From positions 32,001 to 96,000 of IMG/VR virus record IMGVR_UViG_3300031088_000737: a stretch of DNA of 64,000 bases; one strand, 5' to 3'. The first letter of the stretch is position 1; each line of letters begins with the position of its first letter. The stretch comes from a virus. Positions 21,550-32,362 of the stretch are shown here, piece by piece. The notes under the pieces were generated by a model that saw only the letters and a list, made by a program, of their open reading frames with translations, was not told the DNA's origin and made no database searches. A program made the position numbers and the translations under genes.

Positions 21550-22392
21550 ATGCAGTATCAACCCACAATGATTACTTCATTTGACGAAAATGAAGTGGCA
21601 GTAAGTCGTATCTTTAAATTTATTAAAGCTTTTGCTGCACAAACATTATTAGTAGATTGCTTTTCGTTAAGTGTCAGAAAAGATGATCCTACTCCAGATA
21701 AGGCGAAAATTAATAAAAATAATTGGAAAAATACAAATACTTTTAAGTCATCTGCTATTACTGTTTACAATTATTCATTTAATATAAAAAAAACAACGGT
21801 TAAAAAAATGTCATTTTTTTACAAGAAATATAATGACTACAATAAATCTATTCAGGGACAAGTTTATTATCAAGATGGTAATATTTTAAGAATTGTTGTT
21901 TCTTTTTATGGCGAGAAAGATGAGTTGCTTAATTTTATAAAATATCATCCAGAAAGTTATTTTATGATTGATCGCTATTATAGACTGTCATTGGCGGCAA
22001 TGCATGATGTGCATCCTAAAAACAAATCAATTTCAGGTCGTATAGAATGTTCCTATAAGATTAAACAGGAACAATGTAAGCTAGAATATGTTTTGAGTGA
22101 TGAAAAAACGAGTCAAATTACTAATTCGCAAGGTTTTACAATAGTGCAAGGTCTTACATCACAAGGTTCAGCCATTTCACTATCAAATCTTTTGTCAGCA
22201 TTTGTTGGTAATCGTACTAATAGTTACAGTAAATTTATGATACGTTTTGAGAATGAACATTTTCAATCATTAACTTCAACTAGATTGGTTGAATTACAAA
22301 AATGTTTTGTAGATTTCCCAATATTAAGTGATTTGATTAGATCTGATAATTTTGACGACTATGTTTTAGTCTTAGAAATGGAACAAATTTAA
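21550..22392 (+). CDS. Hypothetical protein (M-4 family)
   Basis: Ends YVLVLEMEQI. Confidence 0.75.
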   Translation: MQYQPTMITSFDENEVAVSRIFKFIKAFAAQTLLVDCFSLSVRKDDPTPDKAKINKNNWKNTNTFKSSAITVYNYSFNIKKTTVKKMSFFYKKYNDYNKSIQGQVYYQDGNILRIVVSFYGEKDELLNFIKYHPESYFMIDRYYRLSLAAMHDVHPKNKSISGRIECSYKIKQEQCKLEYVLSDEKTSQITNSQGFTIVQGLTSQGSAISLSNLLSAFVGNRTNSYSKFMIRFENEHFQSLTSTRLVELQKCFVDFPILSDLIRSDNFDDYVLVLEMEQI

Positions 22393-22458
22393 AAAGTCAA
22401 TTTATTGACATATTGTTTGTAAAGTATTATAATAATAAAAACAATAAAAATAAAATAT

Positions 22459-23106
22459 ATGTTCTTAAAATTATCCCTACCTATTATCATCAGTATCATA
22501 GGAATAAATTCCTTAGCTGATTATACTATTATTTATCCAGTAAAATTTGTAAACTTTAAAGACATTCCTAAATGGGAAGAAACCGATTCACAATATTCTG
22601 AATGGACTAATGTTGGATCTCCAAGCAATTGTAAATCAGCTACACCATTAGAAAACACGGTCACACTAGGGCAGAGTTATGAAAAAACATTTTCTCAATG
22701 TGATATCAATCAAGAAAGAATTGAAACAAAGTATTTAATTAGAAAAGATACTGGTGCTACAAAGCCTAATGGCGAAGTAAAAGAAACCAGAGTGAAAAAT
22801 GATTATTCTTATAAAGCTCAAAGTATAGGAACATTGCCAGCAGAAGAATGTAGATACTCAATGTCTGGTAAGAATTTCCATTGGTATGATGTATCAAGGT
22901 CCGTTGGTGCTACTGATGGTAAAGGTTCAGTGTTGACGTGGGATGGCGTTCAAGTTAAAAGCACTATGGGTGTAAGTGGCGGAAATCAACCAACTGAATT
23001 TGTGGTTGGATCTTATAAGTATAAGAGATCAACATTCCAATATAAATCATTATATAATGATAGCTTATGGTATCACTACTATCAAATATGCAGAACACCT
23101 ATTTAA
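22459..23106 (+). CDS. Secreted Cys-containing hypothetical protein, paralog of 34..405
   Basis: Signal peptide ending SLA/DY; C-terminal YQICRTPI. Confidence 0.75.
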   Translation: MFLKLSLPIIISIIGINSLADYTIIYPVKFVNFKDIPKWEETDSQYSEWTNVGSPSNCKSATPLENTVTLGQSYEKTFSQCDINQERIETKYLIRKDTGATKPNGEVKETRVKNDYSYKAQSIGTLPAEECRYSMSGKNFHWYDVSRSVGATDGKGSVLTWDGVQVKSTMGVSGGNQPTEFVVGSYKYKRSTFQYKSLYNDSLWYHYYQICRTPI

Positions 23107-23124
23107 ACGAATAGAGTAGACAAT

Positions 23125-23154
23125 AAAAAGCCTGACATTATATCAGGCTTTTTT
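23125..23154. terminator. Bidirectional intrinsic terminator
   Basis: aaaaagcctga-cattata-tcaggctttttt. Confidence 0.85.
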
Positions 23155-23172
23155 ATTGGTATTGGTTCTTAA

Positions 23173-24123
<951 letters not shown>

Positions 24124-24281
24124 TTATTTGATTACATAATTATACGTTGAAAAATAAAAATAATCAATAAGTCATGAGATTTATTATGATTATACTTTCA
24201 ATAGTCAAAAACTATAATGTTTAACAAACAACTAAAAAATCATTCATTTAAAATAAAATATTAAAAAGTTAAATACGTTTA

Positions 24282-24310
24282 TTGACAATGATATCATTGT
24301 GCCTTATTAT
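24282..24310 (+). promoter_or_regulatory. sigma70 promoter overlapped by a 16-bp palindrome
   Basis: TTGACA-17-TATTAT; ACAATGATATCATTGT at 24285..24300. Confidence 0.7.
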
Positions 24311-24316
24311 GAAAAT

Positions 24317-24396
24317 ATGTAACGTTGGTTACGTTACAATGCATGTTGTTCTCCTTGGGTTAGAAGAAAAAATTACAGAAATGTAGTTTTTTTTTT
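24317..24396 (+). ncRNA. Candidate ~80-nt sRNA with an anti-SD seed
   Basis: Promoter, 8-bp hairpin, unpaired CTCCTT, terminator AATTACA-GAAA-TGTAGTT plus T tract; no ORF. Confidence 0.5.
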
Positions 24397-24498
24397 CCTG
24401 TTATTTAACAAATTACATAATACAAAAGCACCTTTTCAAAAAAAAGTGTCATTTTTTTGTGGTCTATGCTATAATAATAAAATAAACATGAGGAAGTA

Positions 24499-25335
24499 AT
24501 GATGAGCACTGAAATGACTCCAATGAAAAGATACAGCACAGGTCTAACTACTCTAAAAAATAACCTGACTAGCATTTGTGAAAAAACTGAATTAAATAAA
24601 ACCGCTCCCAAGAGTAATTATGATGGTGGATATTCAAAAGGTGTTGCATCAGATTATGTGCTTATTTTTAAAGACAAGTACTCAGATGCTTCTTTTGCGT
24701 TGGTATTTGAATACATGGGACTTTCAGCAGATAAGCAACGAGTAGTGGGGTCTGTTAAACTTTCTAATGATGGCGATATCAAAAATAGCTTTAATATGAC
24801 ACTTGAAGAGTTTAAGACGAATCTTAATGCGTTGAATAAAGATATGGATGTCGCCAGAACAAACCGTATGAAAGTTGACTTTGGTTTTCCACAAGCTCTA
24901 GCTCTCTTTTCCAAGCATATGTTAAAAGAAGTCATTGACCTTGCGAGTGATCTTAAAAGTGCAACCAGTGATGTCAGCAAATTTTTAAGCAAAAAACTAA
25001 AAGAGCTTGAAAATGAAGGTCTTGATGAGAAAATTGTAGCGGCTGAAAAAAGTCTGGATAAAGCTCAACGTTCGATTAATAAAAAAATAGCAGATTCTCC
25101 ACTCACCGCTGAAAGAGAGCAATTATTAGAACGTATTAAAGAAATTGATAAGCAGCTTAAAATTGAGCGTCAAAGCCTGACTTCAAAAGCAGATATTGTG
25201 GGTAAAAAGCAGGCTGTTGTTGATACTCGTAAAGCATTAGCTGATAAACAAGCTGAAATTTCAAAAGATGTTGATGAGCAACTTGAAAAATATCCAGTCG
25301 CTGTTCGTAAACGAGTTAAACAAGGTTTGAATTAA
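24499..25335 (+). CDS. Coiled-coil hypothetical protein
   Basis: 278-aa ORF, GAGG SD (start may be 24502). Confidence 0.75.
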   Translation: MMSTEMTPMKRYSTGLTTLKNNLTSICEKTELNKTAPKSNYDGGYSKGVASDYVLIFKDKYSDASFALVFEYMGLSADKQRVVGSVKLSNDGDIKNSFNMTLEEFKTNLNALNKDMDVARTNRMKVDFGFPQALALFSKHMLKEVIDLASDLKSATSDVSKFLSKKLKELENEGLDEKIVAAEKSLDKAQRSINKKIADSPLTAEREQLLERIKEIDKQLKIERQSLTSKADIVGKKQAVVDTRKALADKQAEISKDVDEQLEKYPVAVRKRVKQGLN

Positions 25336-25350
25336 AGACAACACGATAAT

Positions 25351-25377
25351 AAAAAAGGAGCCTAGGCTCCTTTCTTT
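25351..25377. terminator. Bidirectional intrinsic terminator
   Basis: aaaaaaggagcc-ta-ggctcctttc. Confidence 0.7.
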
Positions 25378-26083
25378 ATTTTATTTTGTTAGTAAAATTT
25401 TCAATATCTTTTTCTTTTGATGATTGGAGATATATTGAACCACCTACAACGACTAATGCTGATATAAATCCCCATGTTGTGGTTGATGATGTAAATGTAT
25501 GTAGACTTAATATACCATGAGTAATCACAAGTTTTACAGTGAAAAATATTGGCATAAATCCACAGATAGCACAAATTAATCTTACCATTTTAACATTTAC
25601 TTCTGGATAATTCTCTTTTGTTGATTTAAAATCATGTTTAAAAGCTAATTTAAAGTTCATAAATGTTGACACCACTGGAATTAGAAATCCAATAAACGCT
25701 ATAATAGCAATGATAATATCTTTTGTTCCAAGTTTTTTTAGTGAGCTTACTATTTTTATATTTTCAGGTTGTCCTTGGATATCTGCTGATTCATCAATGC
25801 TTATCTTTGAGTAAGTGACTATTCTATTATTTTTTTCACCAATGTAGAGGATATCGCCAATTTCTATATCATTTTCTAGTGCTTTTAATGAAAAAAGTTG
25901 TCCAGTTTCTTCAACTTCAATAGTATAATGGTATACTAGCTTTCGTTCAGTTGTGTTATTATCAACTTCTTCTTTTTTATCTCCCACCCATGTTTTACGG
26001 TAATAAACTGAAGTTATATGCTCACCTTCAGTAATTCTATGTGTTCTTTTCTCTCTAACTACAGTTTTATTAATTTTTAGCAT
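25376..26083 (-). CDS. Membrane protein, distant paralog of 26088..26795
   Basis: Soluble beta-rich N-half plus three hydrophobic segments. Confidence 0.7.
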   Translation of the reverse strand: MLKINKTVVREKRTHRITEGEHITSVYYRKTWVGDKKEEVDNNTTERKLVYHYTIEVEETGQLFSLKALENDIEIGDILYIGEKNNRIVTYSKISIDESADIQGQPENIKIVSSLKKLGTKDIIIAIIAFIGFLIPVVSTFMNFKLAFKHDFKSTKENYPEVNVKMVRLICAICGFMPIFFTVKLVITHGILSLHTFTSSTTTWGFISALVVVGGSIYLQSSKEKDIENFTNKIK

Positions 26084-26087
26084 AATA

Positions 26088-26795
26088 TTAGACTCCTTTT
26101 AACTGTTTTTTTATTTTATAAGCATATTTTTTTATGTTTACACAATTAATAGCTCTATTAATTGTGACAACAGAAGCAATTATTATGCCGCCTGTAATAT
26201 ACCCTAGCATACTCATTAAAAATACTTTAGATCCACCATTGTACCAATAATAAGTAAAATAGACATGAAATATTATTAAAATTAAATACAATAAAGTTTT
26301 TAATAAACTTCTACTTTTAAGATGACCATCAGAATAATTGTATAAATTAAATTTTTGGGGTTCAAGTATGCTTAATAGTGATACTACTGGGATACTAGAA
26401 ACTGCTGCTCTAGATACAAAATCTCCAAGATCAAAAAGAGATAGTCTAGGAAAAGCATTTTTTATTAAGATGGGATCAGCATTTTTATAAGGGACGTAAC
26501 CTAATATCTCTTTATCATCATTCACATAACATTTTATTGTACTATTTTCGATAGGCAAAAAGTCATCTTCTAAAATAATGCCTTTATATTGCTCATTAGT
26601 TTTTTCGTCAATGCAATCTATTTCTGTTTTTGTATAATTTTCATAGGTTGTTTTACTACCACCACCAGCATATTCAAAACTTTTGTCACCATTTTTTTCA
26701 GTGTCATTGTAATAGGTCGTAGACTTTGTTTTAGAATCTGTCACCATTTGTACAGTTTTACGTACTATTTTTAAGTCTAATAGTTTTCCGTTCAT
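26088..26795 (-). CDS. Membrane protein
   Basis: GGAG SD before ATG 26795; C-terminal TM segments. Confidence 0.7.
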   Translation of the reverse strand: MNGKLLDLKIVRKTVQMVTDSKTKSTTYYNDTEKNGDKSFEYAGGGSKTTYENYTKTEIDCIDEKTNEQYKGIILEDDFLPIENSTIKCYVNDDKEILGYVPYKNADPILIKNAFPRLSLFDLGDFVSRAAVSSIPVVSLLSILEPQKFNLYNYSDGHLKSRSLLKTLLYLILIIFHVYFTYYWYNGGSKVFLMSMLGYITGGIIIASVVTINRAINCVNIKKYAYKIKKQLKGV

Positions 26796-26903
26796 AAAAA
26801 CTCCCATTTTAATAAGTTAAAAATAGGATAGATCTAAAATAAATAAAGTCAATAGCATAAAATCAAATAAATGCTTAAAAAAAGCCTAAATTTAAAATAT
26901 TTT

Positions 26904-27332
26904 TTAACCCCAACTAAAATAATCAAACTGTAATTGATTGTTTTCATCTAATCGGGCTTCACTGTCCAAAAATTCTTCAAAATTATAATATTGAATGTCT
27001 ACTGAGTCTGTTTCTGGATCACCGGGATAAATAATGGTACCATAACTGCCATCGTTAATAGGACGTGTATCTATAACAAGTCGATCATTTACGCTGTTTG
27101 TATACACAACAACTAATTTTGAGCGTATTTCTGGTGTGCTGTCATCAATATCAATGTTGAAGTCATTGCCGTCTCCTAATTCTTCTAATGTCAACCATTT
27201 ACCAGAACATTTGTCATCTGAATGTTCAACACCTTCAAATCGTTTGATAAATTTTACATAAGAGATAGGCAACTTAATTCCTAATCTTTTTTCAGCTATC
27301 TTTACACGTTTGGCAAATGTTAACTTTTCCAT
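26904..27332 (-). CDS. SMI1/KNR4-family protein
   Basis: AEKRLGIKLPISYVKFI signature; ...NFEEFL C-terminus. Confidence 0.75.
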   Translation of the reverse strand: MEKLTFAKRVKIAEKRLGIKLPISYVKFIKRFEGVEHSDDKCSGKWLTLEELGDGNDFNIDIDDSTPEIRSKLVVVYTNSVNDRLVIDTRPINDGSYGTIIYPGDPETDSVDIQYYNFEEFLDSEARLDENNQLQFDYFSWG

Positions 27333-27469
27333 ATTGAACTCCTAGTCTTTCAAATAGATTATCATTAAAAATATTGATTGCCATTTTGAACTAAAAGTGT
27401 TACTATAATGTTTAAAATTTTGATATTGTCTCATTATGAGGTTAAATCAATATCTAGGAGCGAATTCAT

Positions 27470-28531
27470 ATGTTGAGTTTAATTAAAGATAAAAGTGAAG
27501 ATATTTATTTAAAAGAAACATTAACGACAGTTTTAGATAACTTAGGTGTAAGTCATCAAGAAATTGCTAATCTCTTATGCTCAGTTGATGATAAAATTGA
27601 ATATCTTGAAAACATAAACTTATTTAAGTTTAATAACAAAGAAATAGTATTTGATTTTGGTATTGAGATTAATAAAAAAATTACATCATCATCTATCATG
27701 ATTTATTTGAATAATTCCTTAGAATTTAAAACAATTGAAATACATTTTTTGATTGATACTAATGAACTTATTATTGTCTACTATAACAACAATTTTGAAT
27801 TTATTAATTTCAAACATAAAGATTTTAAAATGAATGAAAAAAGAGAATTGCTTATAATTGCAGCAGAACAAAAGAAAAAAATTGCAATGGAGGAAGAAAA
27901 GAATAAAGAAGAAAACGAAAAAAAATTACAAAACGATTTAGTTGTTAAACGCACTGCTGATAATCGTAAAATTATTAAATCATTACAAGAAAAATTGCAT
28001 CTTTTTCAATATGATGTAAGAGATTTTGATTATATTTGCAATAAATTTTTGTTAACTAATGTTCAATATGATAATTGGAAAATAGACAGTGATAGAACCT
28101 TCATGTTATATGATAATACTAAGAAACTTTCAACTACAATTTTACGATCAGGCATTGTTCCTATTTCATCAAAATCATTTTGGGAAAAATGTGATATAGA
28201 ATTTGATGATAACCTGAATATTATTGGTGTTGAATTTAAAATAAAACAAATAACACTGGGTGATTATCATATTTATGTATTTAAACTTGATACTAATTTT
28301 AATATAAAAGATTTTTGCTTGATTGAAGTTATTAATAAAAAGATAAGATCATCAGATTATAGTTATAATAAATTCGTATTCAAAGATCTAGTTTCTATTT
28401 TAAAATTTAAATTGAGTGGGAACCCATATATTTATGAAGTTATCCCAGAAGTTATTGTTCCTTCGGCATACGATTTTAATTCAGAAGACTTTAAAAAACG
28501 ATTGTTAATTGCTGAAATGCTACTTGTTTGA
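27470..28531 (+). CDS. Hypothetical protein with internal duplication (M-4 family), paralog of 28562..29551
   Basis: Ends PSAYDFNSEDFKKRLLIAEMLLV. Confidence 0.8.
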   Translation: MLSLIKDKSEDIYLKETLTTVLDNLGVSHQEIANLLCSVDDKIEYLENINLFKFNNKEIVFDFGIEINKKITSSSIMIYLNNSLEFKTIEIHFLIDTNELIIVYYNNNFEFINFKHKDFKMNEKRELLIIAAEQKKKIAMEEEKNKEENEKKLQNDLVVKRTADNRKIIKSLQEKLHLFQYDVRDFDYICNKFLLTNVQYDNWKIDSDRTFMLYDNTKKLSTTILRSGIVPISSKSFWEKCDIEFDDNLNIIGVEFKIKQITLGDYHIYVFKLDTNFNIKDFCLIEVINKKIRSSDYSYNKFVFKDLVSILKFKLSGNPYIYEVIPEVIVPSAYDFNSEDFKKRLLIAEMLLV

Positions 28532-28561
28532 TAATTAATTGATAACCATTGAGGATTTTTT

Positions 28562-29551
28562 ATGCTACAAAAAAAATATGACAATAAAGAAGAAAACCTT
28601 CAAATCATAAAGAATAGTTTAACCTATGTTTTGACCACATTAGGAGCATCTGAGTCTTTTATTGAAAGCTCGTTGAATGACATTATTTCTTCTGAATTAA
28701 GTTATTCTTTCGTTAATGATTTTATGAAGGTAGATTTTGGTGATGATGTTAATCAATCAGTTTCTTCATCTACTATTGTGACACACTTCAACGCATCAGC
28801 AGCCTTATATAAAGTCCATGTTGAATTTAGAGATGAAGTTAAAAAGTCAACAATGGTCATGATTTACAATGCTGATATGGATTTTGTTGATTATCAATTT
28901 AAAGAAGACATTCCTAGTCGCCATAGATATTATCAAAATTTATGTGATCTTGAATTTGAATTAAAACGCTCATTGATTTCACAGTTAAAAAGACTTCCAT
29001 CTGTATTTAAATGTGATGAAAACCTCCTTGATAAGTTTTTTAACCAAATCTATTTAACTAAACATCATGATTACCATTCAGTGGGCGAAAACACGAAAAA
29101 TATGAAATTCTCGTTATCGTATAGCTCTCAAAAGTTCGCAATAAAAACCAACATTTTTTCAATAAATGTTGATTACTTTAATCATTCAAAATTTGACATA
29201 ATTTGCGAAATAGAATTTGATACATTAACAAAAATAAAAGATATAACCTTTATCTTTCAATCAAAATCAGTAGATAGATATAAGATAACACAAGATATTA
29301 TTTCATTTGACTCTGATCTCAGTCTTTGGCGTTATCAGAAAAAATATTTTGCAGACAAGCATATAAAAATAGATCTCATTCCAACCAATGGTTTAAGCAA
29401 TGAAGACTTTTATTTTTTGCTTAATTTAAAATTTTGTCCACATCCTGAAATTCATGATATCTTACCTGAGCTGATGAATCCATCAGCTTATAACTTCAAT
29501 TCAATAGATTTTAAAAATAGGTTGAATACTGCAGAGATGTTATTGTTTTAA
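28562..29551 (+). CDS. Hypothetical protein (M-4 family)
   Basis: Ends PSAYNFNSIDFKNRLNTAEMLLF. Confidence 0.8.
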   Translation: MLQKKYDNKEENLQIIKNSLTYVLTTLGASESFIESSLNDIISSELSYSFVNDFMKVDFGDDVNQSVSSSTIVTHFNASAALYKVHVEFRDEVKKSTMVMIYNADMDFVDYQFKEDIPSRHRYYQNLCDLEFELKRSLISQLKRLPSVFKCDENLLDKFFNQIYLTKHHDYHSVGENTKNMKFSLSYSSQKFAIKTNIFSINVDYFNHSKFDIICEIEFDTLTKIKDITFIFQSKSVDRYKITQDIISFDSDLSLWRYQKKYFADKHIKIDLIPTNGLSNEDFYFLLNLKFCPHPEIHDILPELMNPSAYNFNSIDFKNRLNTAEMLLF

Positions 29552-29611
29552 ACGAGTTTAAAACTAGATATAAAAAAATCCGCTTTTTCTGGCGGATTTT
29601 GTTGTTATATT

Positions 29612-30073
29612 CTATTCATCTGTTTCTTCTTCAATAGTTTCAAGAACTTCTTCGATAAAGAATGTTAAATCATTAATCAATTCTGTTTTATAGTTATCAT
29701 CTTCTATATTGACAATATTATAGATAGATACAATAAATGAGACAAAGAACGGTTCTTGTTGTTCATATTGATTTATCTCTAATGATGTTTGAGCATTAAA
29801 AATATCATTAACATTTTTATCAATATATGGTTTTAAAGCTTTAAAACTGCTGGTTATCTGTGTAATGGTTGTTACACCTTCAAAATCATTAATTTCGCAT
29901 AGTTCGTATAATTTGTTGAGATAGATATCTAATGCTTCATCAATTTTTTCAACACTGTTGTTTTTTATGAATGCTATCATGCCTTTTCGAAGTCTGTCTG
30001 CATCTTTGGAATCAATGTCACCAATTTTGTAATTTTTAACTTTTTTGATTAGTAGTTCTTTAAGATTGAGCAT
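29612..30073 (-). CDS. Helical hypothetical protein
   Basis: 153-aa ORF, GAGG SD. Confidence 0.7.
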   Translation of the reverse strand: MLNLKELLIKKVKNYKIGDIDSKDADRLRKGMIAFIKNNSVEKIDEALDIYLNKLYELCEINDFEGVTTITQITSSFKALKPYIDKNVNDIFNAQTSLEINQYEQQEPFFVSFIVSIYNIVNIEDDNYKTELINDLTFFIEEVLETIEEETDE

Positions 30074-30168
30074 GAAAACACCTCATTATGAGCTGATATT
30101 TTAAATCAGTCATGATGAAATGTCAATTGATTTAAAGAGACTTTTAATCTATTATTTTAATAATAAGC

Positions 30169-30197
30169 TTGCTAAATTCAAAAAAATAACGTATAAT
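30169..30197 (+). promoter_or_regulatory. sigma70 promoter of the proS leader
   Basis: TTGCTA-17-TATAAT. Confidence 0.75.
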
Positions 30198-30222
30198 TTA
30201 AAAATACATAGGAAAATACAAA

Positions 30223-30285
30223 ATGAAAACTAATATTGCATTATTCAAAACTATTCGACCTCTACCGCTCATGTTGGGCGTCTAA
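30223..30285 (+). CDS. Putative proS attenuator leader peptide MKTNIALFKTIRPLPLMLGV
   Basis: AGGA SD; 20 codons with CCT and CCG; its 3' end is complementary to the 5' arm of the downstream terminator. Confidence 0.65.
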   Translation: MKTNIALFKTIRPLPLMLGV

Positions 30286-30312
30286 GACTCTATTTACTTT
30301 TAAATTGACCTT

Positions 30313-30337
30313 AACGCCCAATATGGGCGTTTTTTAT
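30313..30337 (+). terminator. Attenuator terminator upstream of proS
   Basis: AACGCCC-AATAT-GGGCGTT-TTTTATT between the leader ORF and proS. Confidence 0.8.
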
Positions 30338-30395
30338 TGCTCAAAATAAACTATTACAACACAATAAAATAAATCAATTTAAGAGGATACACATC

Positions 30396-31526
30396 ATGAA
30401 ATTTTCAAACATATTTTTTAACAACAGTTCATTCGCTAAAGATAACCAATCATTGAACTTGGTAGACTTAACTAAAAAAGCGTGCTTCTTTAACCAAGAC
30501 TCATCTGGCATTTACTCCACTTTGTCACTGGGCTATATCTTAGAGAAGAAGATAGAACGAATCATCGAAGATGAGTTATCAGAGATAGGCTTTTCACAAA
30601 TGCGTTTAAGTTTAATTCAAGACGCTGATTTATGGAAAGAAACAGGTCGATATGACCAATACGGTGAAGAATTATTCAAATTGAAAAATAGGGCTGGCAA
30701 AGAGCTTGTTTTGAGTGCTACATGTGAAGAATCCATCACTAACATTGTGAAGTCTTACTACAATTTCACGAAAACAAATTTGAAGATGTTTCAAATTGGT
30801 AATAAATACAGAGATGAGTTAAGAGCTAAATCTGGTTTAGTGCGTGGTCGTGAGTTTTTAATGTCAGATGCTTATCATTTCTCTAATAGCAAAGAGAATA
30901 TTGTGACGACTTACAATGAAGTGAAAGAAGCCTATATCAGAATATTTACACGTTTAGGATTAGAATTTCATATTCAAGGTTCTGATGTTGGTGAGATGGG
31001 TGGTATAGCCTCAGAAGAGTTCCGTTGTATCAGTGAGTTTGGTGAGGATATCGGTGAAGATGGTAGCAAAAACCTTGAAATAGGACACATCTTTAACTTG
31101 GGCACTCACTACTCTAAAAAAATGGGCTTATTGGATAATATCAAACAACATGTGAATATGGCATGCTTTGGTATTGGTGTATCCAGAACATTGATGGCTT
31201 TATTAGAAAAACAACGTGATGAAAAAGGTTTCTTTGGCACTGCAGCTTTCAATACCTTTGATTACATTATAACGGCTATTGATTATGAGAAGAATAAAGA
31301 AGTCGCTGATGGTCTTTATCAATCATTAAAGAAACAAGGTTATTCAGTCTTGTTAGATGATAGAAATGTTTCTGCTGGCAATAAGTTCAATGACAGTGAA
31401 TTGATTGGTGTTAGCAATCGCATTATTGTCAGTAACAAGAGTATTGTTAACAATCAATATGAAGTGTTGAACAGAGAAACAAACACGGCGAAAACGGTCA
31501 GTATTGAAGAATTACAACAATTGTAA
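30396..31526 (+). CDS. proS: Minimal prolyl-tRNA synthetase lacking the editing insertion
   Basis: LWKETGRYDQYGEELFKLKNR, motif 2 FQIGNKYRDELRAKSGLVRGREFLM, EIGHIF, motif 3 GIGVSR, anticodon-binding domain; only 376 aa. Confidence 0.9.
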   Translation: MKFSNIFFNNSSFAKDNQSLNLVDLTKKACFFNQDSSGIYSTLSLGYILEKKIERIIEDELSEIGFSQMRLSLIQDADLWKETGRYDQYGEELFKLKNRAGKELVLSATCEESITNIVKSYYNFTKTNLKMFQIGNKYRDELRAKSGLVRGREFLMSDAYHFSNSKENIVTTYNEVKEAYIRIFTRLGLEFHIQGSDVGEMGGIASEEFRCISEFGEDIGEDGSKNLEIGHIFNLGTHYSKKMGLLDNIKQHVNMACFGIGVSRTLMALLEKQRDEKGFFGTAAFNTFDYIITAIDYEKNKEVADGLYQSLKKQGYSVLLDDRNVSAGNKFNDSELIGVSNRIIVSNKSIVNNQYEVLNRETNTAKTVSIEELQQL

Positions 31527-31547
31527 TAACCATGTATAGAGACAACG

Positions 31548-31568
31548 AAACCGCCTAGGCGGTTTTTT
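31548..31568. terminator. Intrinsic terminator after proS
   Basis: aaaccgcc-ta-ggcggtttttt. Confidence 0.75.
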
Positions 31569-31586
31569 GTTTTACATTTTTTTTAA

Positions 31587-32300
31587 TTACAATCTTGATA
31601 GAAATCTAATTTGATCGGATGTCATTTTTAAACCTTTGGTCGTTGTGAAGGCATATCTTTTGAAATCTTCATATTCTTCGAAGGTTACGTACTTGTCTGC
31701 ACGAATCATTTTAAATCTTTCTATAATCTCTGGAACACCTATTTCGTTCACAAGTGCAAGCTTATCTATCATATCATTAGCTGAAAGACCATTAACTTTA
31801 TTATTAATGCCCTCTCTACTACCTTTTGGATAATACACATTGAGTGTTGCATAATCATTTGTATCAATAGCCATTCTTAAATTTTTACCTACATTAGAAT
31901 TTTTAAAATAGATATTTGCCTCAGCTAGTTTATCGTATTTTTCATTAAATTCTGTTTTTACATATTTTTCTGATGATGTTGAATGTATGTATGTAAAAAA
32001 AGCTACCAAAGGAAGAATAATAAAAAGAATCCCCGCTATTTTTTTTAGAAATGAATTGAACACTTCATTTACAAAAATAGGTGTTGAGTACAGCAATACT
32101 AATATAGCGACAATAATCCATATGATAACTGTTTGGTCATGATACATAGCGATTTGTGATGACATGTTTGTTTCTTGTATGAACGACATCAAATGATACG
32201 GTAAAAAATATAACAATCCATAGCCAATGACTAAACCTAACGCGATTGAACCTACAACTGGCCCACCTAAAATAATTAACTCAAACAACAACTCTAACAT
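31587..32300 (-). CDS. Membrane protein (about three N-terminal TM segments)
   Basis: Hydrophobic N-half, AGGAG SD. Confidence 0.75.
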   Translation of the reverse strand: MLELLFELIILGGPVVGSIALGLVIGYGLLYFLPYHLMSFIQETNMSSQIAMYHDQTVIIWIIVAILVLLYSTPIFVNEVFNSFLKKIAGILFIILPLVAFFTYIHSTSSEKYVKTEFNEKYDKLAEANIYFKNSNVGKNLRMAIDTNDYATLNVYYPKGSREGINNKVNGLSANDMIDKLALVNEIGVPEIIERFKMIRADKYVTFEEYEDFKRYAFTTTKGLKMTSDQIRFLSRL

Positions 32301-32362
32301 AACAAAACTCCTTTTAGTTATGAATTTTTACATTTATTCTTTTTCAAGTCAATCCTATTTAG

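Noticed and set aside
24285-24300. Definite Fur box
   Set aside because: About 11/19 ungapped match and one base short of the canonical spacing; kept only as a hypothesis.
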